64,000 nucleotides of DNA from Paraspadella gotoi (lineage: Eukaryota > Animalia > Chaetognatha): NCBI GenBank assembly GCA_051294375.1, contig CM119265.1:22134278-22198277 (forward strand), given 5' to 3'. The notes beneath the pieces are model-generated. The model had not been told where the DNA came from. It was given only the letters and a program-made list of their open reading frames with translations, and made no database searches. Shown here one piece after another: positions 53,324 through 64,000 of the stretch. Every line of letters starts with the position of its first letter. The stretch's first letter is position 1. The position numbers were made by a program, and so were the translations under genes.

Positions 53324-54302
53324 CTTGGGCGGAATCAGAGAAGAGAGTGAAAGGTTGCCATAAAGAGGGCCGAAAAAAAGTAGAGAGAAAAAAAGAGAAA
53401 ATATAGGAGAAAAAAAAACTTAACTGCAGATGGACCTGGTTCTACGGGAAAGCCTATTTCTGTAAAAGCAGCCAAAGAGACTCGGATAAAACAATTTTTG
53501 GTCGGTCGATCTCATCGGTCAGTTTTTTAGGTCTTTCATCAAAAATTTTATTATTTAAAAAAATATATATACGAATATAACATTACAGATATCGGATAAT
53601 GACAAAATTGAAACCTAATACCTACTTTTATGATAAAAAAACATACTCAGCTTATACGACTGAAGTTGAAGAACCTTTATTTGCTTTTCTTGTTCAAACA
53701 ACTGACGAAGCGACAATCGATATGCAGTTCTCTTTTACAGTGTCAGTAATGGCCAATTTCCATAGGATTGATGTTGTTAAAAAAAATAAAAATAACAATA
53801 ATATTATTAATATTAGCTCTCTTTTTTTGACCATGAACTCAATCCAAAGATTATTTTTATATTGCAGGAATCGGTAATAAATATTGTAAAGAAAAAAGTA
53901 CAGACAACTATAGATTAAGTGAAACTGTACTTGCATGGAATTGTTGATGTCGGTTTCTATGCTACCGTTACATTATGCCTCTCTCACCGATCGATAACAA
54001 GTTGGAAAATAACAGGAAAAACGTGACAAATGTAGAAGTTTCGAGAGATTTAACACACCAGATAACGTAACTGTAAAATAAAACATATGAGAGGTAATTG
54101 ACAGAATCTAAATTCTTCAAATTAAATAGCAACATGCGGATGAAGAATATTTATTCAAGAAAGTATTTCGTTTTGAACAAAGGAACGAATGAACTTTGAA
54201 GGCATCGTATTAATAACAATATTTTAAGGCACTAAAAAATCCTATATCCTCAATAACAATTAACACATAAAGATCGTAATAAATCCCTAATAAATCCATC
54301 GG

Positions 54303-55791
54303 TTAAACTTGAGTAAATCTCTTGACGTTCCTTCGATGAATTTTCTTGACGAGAGTCTTCCACTCGGTCGAGGCGACGGAGACCCCCGACGAGGCGCTCG
54401 TCGTCGTCCTCGTCTTTGCTGTCGTCGTCGTCGTCCTCGTCGTCGTCCTCATCGCCTCCGTCCTCTTCTTCGTCGTCGTCTTCGTCGCCGGCCTCGTCTT
54501 CGTTCCATCTCCGAGAATCTCGTCCAAACCGCCGCCGCGCCGCTCGAAGTTCGACGGCGGCGCCATCGCTTGAATGGCGGCGCGCCGGTTGGGGGCGCCG
54601 GGGGCAGAGGAAGAGCAGGAGAAGAAAGCACCGATGGAATCGGAAGATTCGGAGGAACGAGATTTCAAAAGTTTCTTCACGGTTTTGTTCACCATTCGTC
54701 GGCCTGTGAATTTTATACATTTAAATTTAGATTGCTACTTTGTTTCAAATCATCGCCGGGTTTATGTTAATGCAGTAAACTTGAGGCTGTCAATAACAAT
54801 AAAAACTGTCTTGTCTAGCGAGTGTCCCCGCAGAAGCAACTCGTCTTTGGTCAGAAATGTCAGCTTTATCAATGCTATTAGACCCAAACGACCCAAACTT
54901 TTTATTTCCCGCGAAAACATCCAGTCTAATCCTTGCCTTCGATGAGCTCCTTGAAGAACTTGGAGTCTCCGTCGCATCTCGCTAATTCTCTCTTCGTTAT
55001 TCGGTTAGTCGAGTCGCTCGACGAGGCGGAGGCGTCTCCTACTGCGCCTGCTGCGCCCGCCGCGTCGGTGGCAGCGGCGACACCTTCGACGCGTTTCGGT
55101 TTCGAGCGGCGCCCTTCCCGCAAAACTGCGTCGATTTTGTCTCCAACTTCGCGCGCCGCAGTTTCGAATTCGGGGAGGGAAAAAATCTGTAAGGTAGAGT
55201 AGAAATAAATGAACAATGAATCAAAAATAAATAAATAAATAAATTCAATCAAATGGTAAACCTGCTCTTCCGTCTTCCCCGGAAACATCTTGGCCAACAG
55301 CGGCACCACTCCTCCGTTTTCCACACCCACAACGGCGACGGCCTTGAGCAGGTGTCGCTTGACCTCCTCCGGCGGCCGGCCCGAGTTGGCCGTCGCCGTC
55401 GCCATGGCAACGAAGAAGCGACCGACGAGGGGATCGAATTCGATCGCCTGTTCGAAGTAGGCGACGGCGTCTTCGTGTTGTCTCTCCCGCGTCATCGCCA
55501 AACCGTAGTGATGATAGATGAAGGCGATGCGAGAACTGACGGATCGATCTGTGGGATCCAGATCGAGGGCCTTTGGAGAAGGAGGGAAATAAATGGGAGA
55601 TGGAAAGGACAATTTAAGTCTCGGGTTTTGTTTCCCGCTTTTTTTGGTCTGTCTGTCTCTGTCTCTCTCTGTCTCTCTCGGTCTATCTATGTCTATCTCT
55701 GTCTCTCTCTCTCTCAATTCAAAGTTATCTAAACTTTATCTAAACTTTATCTAAACTTTATCTAAACTAAAGTCTCTCTCTCTCTCTCTGC

Positions 55792-55829
<38 letters not shown>

Positions 55830-58800
55830 TAATTCAAAGTGATCTAAAGAATCTAGCCAAGTGGCTGACGTTGCCTATGTTTGCGTTATCTTTAAAAATC
55901 TCTTTCATTTTCTAATCTTTGTTCAGTGAACAATGTTCACCGTAGCGCAAAAAAAGTATAAGATTGACTTGGAATGCGATTTATTAAAAAGCGACAGTTG
56001 AGCAAGAAAATGATCGATTAGCAATTTTTACACCATGAAGTCAAAGAAGTCAACGCTTGAGTTTGATCGTCTCTCGATCGGAAGTCTTCATGACCCCGAC
56101 CTCAGCAATCCCGCTTCTCCGGTCCCAATGGAAAGAGGATGAAGGGCAACTTCTTGCCCTCCCAGAAACCCGGAAAACGGTCTCCGTTACTTTGATTACA
56201 CTGTTATGGAGAAATGCGCGCTTTAAATTCGATCAAATGTCATTTCGATAAGTAAGTCAACAACCTGCATGCTCAAAGGGGCCATTTTGTAAATCTTGTT
56301 TAGTAGTTTGGTTTCGAACGGATCGAACCTTATCGACTTGTATTTCTTTTGTATCCTGTCTTGTTCTTTTAAGGTTAAATCACGTCGAAACCGACCCGAC
56401 AGTTTGCGTTGCAGTCTAATTAACAATTATGTTAATTAGTTATTAATCAGTTATTCTTTTAAATGGCGTTGTCAAAAACATGGTATCCTTACCTAAAATA
56501 AGCATCCAAAGCCATCGTGTCTATTGAACTTTTACAAACCTCAAGGTTTGTCCTTGGATAATAGTAAACGTAGTTCACGCACATTTCTTCTTGAATGGAA
56601 TATCCGCTCAGCGTGATATTATTCTCGTTTTCCGTATCGTAAAGACAGGTGGTAATCAAATCGTCCCCTTAAATATTCCAAAAAAAAAAAAAAGAAGTTA
56701 AATATTAATTTAATTGAGTTAATTGATTATTTAATTAACCTGGCAAGACGTGTTTGGGTTCGGGATAGAGTCGTATCTCCTGAAAGTGAGTGCTGTAGTG
56801 ATCGTCTCGGGCGACTTCAGGTAACTCGATTCCGTTACGAAAATGTCGAGTCACTATCTGGAAGGACATGGCAATCGGCGAGTCTCGTTCAAAAATTGTT
56901 GGAAACCAAGACTACGAAACTATCAATAATATTTTTTTTAAAAATACATCAATTACAGACTACAGAGGATGGTGGGCGAGAGACATTAAGCCTTGGAAAG
57001 CATTTCACCTTAATCCCGTGATTATGAGTGTGCAGCTGTCCTCCGAAAATGAAAATTCCCTTTCTCGGAAGAGCGACGTTGGTACAGTCGGCGATGCAGT
57101 ATCCCGACAGCTCGAAACCCGGCTGCTGCGGGGGAATGGAATTTTTGGGTCCGTACTCCAGCCCGAGTTCCATGATGCCAGTGTCGAACTGGCGCAGAGT
57201 CGTGGTGTAGTGAAATTGTAAGCTGGTGGGGGGGGGTCAAAAACAAAATAGCAATAGATTCAAGTTGGGTAAGAAGCGTAATTATATTTACGTAGTTAAA
57301 ATGAATATAAAATAGAAATTTGACTTACCCGAACTGTCGATGTGGCCGGTCAATTCATTCGGATTGTTGAAATGAACTTCTAATCGGACGAAGGGCGAGT
57401 AACCCTCACCCCCGATCGCCAGCCCCGTCTGCGGAGGGTAAGTGAAGGTAGAGGCGCCCATCGCCCAAGCGCCAATCACCTGGCGGCATTTCTCGAGGAC
57501 GCGGAATGGGGCGTCGGGTCCAGTGCAGAGACCGCTGTAGTTGGACACCTTTAGGGGGCGTTGGGGGGGGGGAGATGGAGGTAGTGCGAGGTGGAAGAAG
57601 AGGAGAAACGAAAATTTAAATAATCCTGACCTTATTTTTCAGACGAAAAAATAAAAAAAATAATTAAACAAAATTACAAATCCAAAACAACTATAACCCA
57701 ATTTTTTTTTTACTCCGATAAAAAAATATTTACAAAAGTTTAATTTAGAAACCATATATAAAAAACTACATACAACAACAACAACGAAATCTAACTACGA
57801 ACGACCTCTTCGTCGGTCTCGCAGTGAAAGACTTCCATGTGATGGATGATGGCGCGATTTTCCGGCGTGATGATCGGTTGCGTCTGAATCACGTGACCTT
57901 TGGACCGGACGACCGAGTCCGGCAGTCGGTGAATGGAGCACCAATAGGCCGTGTCCGTTCCCGGCACATGAACATCCGGGTTCCGGATTTCGAACGTGGC
58001 GGCGTCCGGCGGTAAAGTCACGTCGATGTGCGCCTTGAAATAGAAGGATTAAATTGCGGTATTTGTATTTTTGGCTTTATTATTGTAGTTGTTGGAGTGG
58101 CGCTTTATATGTTTTAGTGACGGTCATAGTTTCTTTTAATAAGAAAAAATAATAACGTTAAAAAATGAATAGAAATATTTAGTAATATATCTTCTTTTAC
58201 TGTTTCAAAAAAACCACAATATAGTACAACCCAAAATTATATTAAAATCATTGAACAATTTTTATATCCGTTGTACTAATTTCATAAAAATCAACGAAAC
58301 TCACCTTCAAAAGCTGAACTCTGTTGAAACCCTTCAAACTCGGTACGTTCGTGTCGTATCCAGCGATGCTCTTTTTTTTCCAAGCCTCGCCTTCGTCGTC
58401 GATGAGGAAAAGGACGTGAGTTGTGCCGCGATCGATGACGTAATCCGCGTCGTCGCATGAGTCGCTTTTCCGAGAAAACGACATCGCGATCACGTCGGGC
58501 TCAGGCGATCTGAAATTCGAAAATAATAAGAATCTGCTTGTGTATCGTAAGTATCAATAACAAAATTAGAAAGATATATCATTACGCTTAAACATCATCT
58601 TTCGAGCATATTAGTCTGTAAAATGTAATATATGACAAAGCAGTCGCTTTTAATTGTAATAAATAAATAAATGAATTAGAATTTGTAATAGAGTTTTCAG
58701 TCTTTTAGCTTCATATTTGTTCTCGCCTTGTGATCTTATTAAAGGAGAGAATTTGAAAATCTTGTCGCTCGTCCTCGTGAACGAATCCGTTGTCGTCCGT

Positions 58801-61501
58801 CCAAGTGTCGCCGAATTTCGTCTCGCCATCTTCGTCGGTCCAGACGAATAGCAAATCTGAAATACAGTTCACGAAATGTCAATAGCAACAGTTTGGCGTC
58901 AATCGGCTCACTAAAAAAAATAAAATTATTTTTCCTAAACTCCCCCGATCCGCTCACCGCAACTTGAAAAAAAAAAAAAATTTCCCTTACATGAAAAGCC
59001 AGAAGGTTTCTAAGAAAAACGAAATTTTTTTGATCGGCTCCCCCACGCTAAAGCTTTCCCGATCGGCTCACCCGCGCGTCGAAAACTTCCCCGATCGGAG
59101 AAACCGACGGCGAATGTTCCACCGGCGTCGACTTGAGCGTGAAGGTGAAAAGTGACGATTTTGTCGTCGGGCGAAGTCGTCCAGTTGAGTTGAACGCCGC
59201 CCAGTGGATCCAGAGTCACGTGATAGGGGAAGGGGCTGACCCGCTCCTCAGAATCGATCAGTTGGCCCTCGGAAGAGAGGGTCTCGGCTGAAGAGGGGTT
59301 TGAGAGGGGAAGTTGGAAGTGGTTGGATAAATTGCTGCAATCCTAATTCAATGAGGATGGCAAACTATTGGGCGCAATCCTACTTGGACAATTATTACGC
59401 TAATATGATACGTAAAAATAACATTTATTATAAATAATTGTATATTTTTAAAAATTATTATTGAACACAATCAGCTGTAGGCGCAAAATCCAAAGAATTT
59501 TCTTTCATCAGGAAAATGTCCTCACTCACTAGTAGTCATTTCCTTTCTCATTCTTTGCCCCTGGCGCATTTGCCATGTGCCTCGGTAGGTTGAGCAATAA
59601 TCGATGCAGCTCCACAGCAGAATCGGCAACAGCGCCATCCATGGACTCTTTCTGGCAATAATCATTTGCCTGTAAAATTAAAACGATTTAAGTCAGCATT
59701 GGCAGAAAATTTAAATGTCTCGGTTAAATATTGATTTCAAATTGCTTACAAACCTCATTTACTTGACTTTCGTCAAGATATCTTTCGATTAAAAAACGAC
59801 GCAAAAATAGAGATAAAAAAAATAAAAAAAAAAATAAAAAAATAAAAAAAAAATAAAAAAAAAATAAAAAAAACCGCGCGAAGAAAATCGGCTAAAGTTT
59901 AAAAGTAGAATTTGAACAAAAGGACATCGACGAAGCGTTGGAGGCGGGAAGGGAGGATATTATTTAGGATTTCGTTGTATTCGACGACAGGGCAATACTT
60001 TCGGGCTGATCAGGTTTAAACCGCGAAGCTTCGAAGTCAAGCGACGCCGTCATCCGTTTGTCCGGTCCGTCACCGTCAACAGTCGCCTAATCCGCGCGTA
60101 AGAGCAACGCGAGTTACGTCACATCGTCGCGGTCATAAAAGACGACGACGACGACGACGAAAACGTTAAAAAAAGGGATCAACGATTTAAAGGTGACCAA
60201 GAGGAGGGAGAGAATACTCGTTTCAAGAGCCTTTTCCTCGCGACCGCCGCTTTTATTGCTTTGCGGAGGAAGGGGGCGAAGGGGGGGGGGATTGGTAAGG
60301 GGGAGGAGGTCGAAGGTTGAAGGAGGAGTCGGAGACACTTAAAGTTAAATGTATCAAAGATTGTTTTGTGATAAAATGTTTGTAGGTTGAAAGAAGAGTC
60401 AGCGAGTTTGGTATTGGTACTTTTTGTACATAACCTGTCAGGGACAGGATAGGTTATTTATGAAATGAATGAATAATTTTATAGTGGTTATATATAACTA
60501 ATTTCATAGTTAAGTTTTGGCATTATTATGCATGTTTATTCAATGTCCATTGTGTAAACAATATATCCAAGAGTTAGCAACATATGTATATAATTTAAAA
60601 TCATTTTTTAAATTGAAAAAGGAAATTTTCATATAATAAAACCTTTTATATAGGAAAGACAAAAAATAAAATTAACCTTTGTATAAAATGGTCATCATAT
60701 GCAGCGGCGCATATCATTAATTTGCATGAAAGAGACACGCCTATTGCTTCAGCCTTCACCAACTAATGGGAGAGAAGGGTGAAAAGGGTTTTGAGCGGCG
60801 CCACAAGTTTCGCCGGCGCCGCCACGTCGCCGATTATTTCGGACTCGGCGTCTCTCGAAAATGGAGATTAAACGTGCGCTCGAGCGGCGAAGGAGATTCC
60901 AGTCACGTTTGCAATATTTCCGGCGGATCGGATTCGAGGTATGAGTCAACCGAAACTCGGATGTTATTAAATAACACGGAGGCCGGGGGATTAGCGTCGG
61001 AGATTTAGGAATTTGATGGGCGAATATATGATCCGACACGATTTTGGGAGATTTCGAATTGAAAAGAAATGGTGAAAGCGGAAAGGGTCGAGGTTATTCG
61101 TTGAGGCGCAGTATTTTGAACGAATAAATGACGAAGTAAAACCTTATTCAACAATTTATTTGCAAAAAAAACATGTTTCATAGTTAACTGAGCCTCGTGA
61201 GAGAAAGACAATGTACTGACCGAAGATCTATCCTCACTAAAATGAGCAAAAACTTTGAGTTGTGTCGGCCACAGACTGGTCAGTAGTCTGTCTAGACTCT
61301 ATATATGCTGTTTTTTTTGTTTGTTGTTATCGATTTTAGGGTGGAGAAATAAGGGATTTAACAATCAAAAAAATTAAATTTAAACGAGCTCTTTCGGTTA
61401 CTATCTAAGTTGAGTAGCAATTAAATTTTTACAAATTGCTTTGCAGTTGTGTACTAATGAAATTACAAATTAAGCCAATTCTCTTAAAAATCTAATCTCT
61501 A

Positions 61502-61581
<80 letters not shown>

Positions 61582-64000
61582 ATCTCAGGTCAAGCCATAA
61601 TTTCTCTTTCTCTTTCCACCTGTTTGTAGTCGGACAAGGCGAAGAGATATTCCTCCAGCCTCAAAAAGCAATCGCCTCGATTGATGTAGAGGCCCTTCTG
61701 ATTCTTCTCCGCGTTGACGGCCTTGTTGAGAAGGGACACCGCATCATCGTAGGCCCCGCTGGTGTAGCACTGAAAGGAAGGAAGAAAAAGATGGAGAATT
61801 AAAACCAAATAACATGATTTTAGGATAATATTTAAATTAGCTAATGTCCACGATTTACGGATAAACAGACAGACTCAAAAACTGGGAAGGAAACCTGAAT
61901 GGCGAAGTCGTTGTAAGTGAGGACAAGCTGTCGATGCGCATCTTGAAAGACTGGGTCCGCGGGATTCCCGCTTTTATCGATAGCTACGAGATAATCGTCG
62001 ATCGCCTGTAAAAATTATTCGATTTATTTATTCATTAATTAATTAATTAATTTATTTATTTTTTCCACTCTCACGTCGTTAAACTCGAGCTTCTTGCGAT
62101 GCAGCGCCCCCTTGATATTGTGAAAGACGGCGACGGAGGGATTCGTCTGAATCGCCAGCGAGATTTTTCCCGCGGCTGCTTGAAATTTCCCGCGTAAATC
62201 CATTTGAACCGCGGACATCATCAGAGCCGAGGCTCGAGCCTCGATCCCGCGGAGGAGTTTGAGTGCCTCAGAGTGAGTTGGGTCTAATTCAAGGGATTCT
62301 CTGAAAGGGAAGCAAGAGACGTTTGTGTCCCGACCCATTGCAAAAGTGTCCAATAATAATGTAGAAAATGACTGAATTAATGTAACTAACGTTTTTTTAA
62401 TAAAGAAATTATCACACCTCACGTCGTAGTAACATTCTGTGATTCGATTGGACAACTGGTGAAGCCTGGCCCGCATGATGTAGAGATCTGCGTTGTCGCT
62501 GTTGAGTCCGATCGCCCGATTGACGAGAGACAAGCATTCCTTGTGCCGACCCAGCGAAGCCAAGCAGGCGAAGCTCCGCGCTTGGTAGGCGATCACGTTG
62601 GGCTGCATCTGCGCGGCTCTGCTGAAGGCGTCGAGGGAGTCGGCGAACAGGTGCTGGTCGAAGAGGACGCGCCCCCAAAAGTAGGTGACGAAGGCGAGGT
62701 GCTCCGTCATCCGTGGGGCGGCGTCGGGATCGAGGGAGATCACCTTTTGGAAGGGATAGAGTGCAGGGAGAAAAATATTAAGAAAGGAGGAAAAATTATT
62801 AAATAACGCGTGTTTAAAAGTAATAATCGTTTTAAGGAATGTTAGATTCATTAAGACGGTCCGTCTATCAATCAGTGACTTAAAACTTAAAGAAAGTCAT
62901 TTATTGATTTAAGAAAGATTCATCCAGGCTCGCCAGATGCCGTGATGAAAAATCCTTTAAATATTTTTTTCTCAACAAAAGAACAGGAAACTTTTTTTTT
63001 ACTGAAATCTCAAAAGCTGCATTAAAAAAAACGACGAGTTATCCAATTAAAAAAAGAAACAACAAAAACAACAACAACAACGCCCTCCGACAACCTTCTT
63101 GATGTCTTCCATGGCCGAGGGAAAGTCACAGATCTGGAGATAAGCCTCGGAGCGTCTCTTGTAGAAGTCGATGACGAGCGGTTTGAGATGAAGGGCTTTG
63201 TTGAGGCGTCTGAAGAGATGCGGGGGGGGGGTTGTAGTGAGTTGAATCAAAACTATTGAGTGTTAACTTCGAGAAAAAGAGAATCAATGAGAAATATCAG
63301 TTCAGAAAAGAGAAAAAAGAAACTGAATTAAATACGACGAACGAAAAATAACAGAAAACAAAAAAGAGAAGAATAAAATAACCCAACCTGATAGCAATCT
63401 CGTAACCGACTCCGTTCATATTTTTGACGGCTTCCCTGTAGTGGTCCAACGCTTGACCGACGACAATTTCCTCCATCGTGGGCAAGACGGTCGGACCGAA
63501 CACCTGGAGGGAAGATATAATCCAAGTTTACGGTACTGGAAAATTGGCAAGGGGCGCAGTGGTATCTAGGTAATAAAAGGTAATAAATATTACGTCATTT
63601 GAAATAATGTTTTTGAGTTCGATTCGGTTTCGTTTGGATTGCATTGTTTTGTATTGTCTTTTGTTCGGCCTTGCCACGCGAACCTGGAGCGCCCCCGTCG
63701 CCGGCAACAGCGCCGACGTCTTTCCCTCCTTCGTCGCCGACGCCGTCGCGTCCTCTGTCTCCTTCGCTTCCTTTTCCTCCCCTTCCTTCCTCTCTTCCTC
63801 TTCCTCTTCCTCATTCTCTTCTTTCTTTTCTTCGTCGCTGATCCTTATCTTAACTCCCGCCGCTTTGGCAGCGGCGGCTGCGGCGGCGGCGTCGGATTTG
63901 ACAGCGGCAGTGTCGGTGGCCTCAGCGCCGTCGGTAAGGCTCGGGGGAAATGTGAGCGCGAAAGGTTGACGATTCGATTCTATTTCGAAGATGGAATCTA
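54303..64000 (-). CDS. TTC16: TPR protein, TTC16-like (5' end outside the window)
   Basis: Exons about 63684-63997, 63388-63503, 63095-63209, 62418-62743, 62075-62300, 61895-62005, 61620-61769, 55261-55570, 54937-55186, 54303-54703. Motifs RSEAYLQICDF, DLYIMRARL, RQLVLTYNDFAIQCY, GLYINRGDCF...DYKQ|ALDLDP and MFPG match TTC16. Confidence 0.85.
55980..55985 (-). promoter_or_regulatory. Candidate AATAAA poly(A) signal of the DBH/TBH gene
   Basis: tttatt on + strand, about 117 nt downstream of the DBH stop codon. Confidence 0.5.
56102..59665 (-). CDS. DBH: Dopamine/tyramine beta-hydroxylase (DOMON + copper type II ascorbate-dependent monooxygenase), 11 coding exons, nested in the TTC16 intron
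   Basis: Signal-like N-terminus, then SPFPYHVTLDP, GFSDRG, IIHHMEVFHC, AWAMGA, RLEVHFNNP, GIMELGLEY, QLHTHNHG, YSTHFQEIR, GYSIQEEMCVNYVYYYP, LSMQCNQS. The CuH and CuM ligands are present. DBH versus TBH substrate cannot be decided from sequence. Confidence 0.93.

Noticed and set aside
53599-53877. 92-aa plus-strand ORF
   Set aside because: AT-rich, with no motif and no supporting splice partners.

Overview
AT-rich, microsatellite-laden invertebrate animal genomic DNA with short spliceosomal introns, from a gapped draft assembly. Genes were reconstructed by hand from splice junctions: an innexin; a class I bHLH E-protein (daughterless/TCF3-4-12) with a tRNA-Arg(CCG) gene antisense inside one 176-nt intron; an intronless HHxxxDG acyltransferase; a type II membrane SAM-methyltransferase; an MFSD12-type transporter; two orphan secreted proteins; and a TTC16-like TPR gene whose 6-kb intron (55571-61619) holds a complete 11-exon dopamine/tyramine beta-hydroxylase gene on the SAME strand. 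Three of roughly 38 introns need GC-AG splicing. Two large tandem 'duplications' (10815-16625 vs 4694-10430; 33790-44820 vs 44858-56090) are indel-riddled and probably uncorrected long-read or second-haplotype insertions, but they expose structural variants, including a foldback-like element with a micro-inversion. All family calls come from motif recognition; no searches were run.
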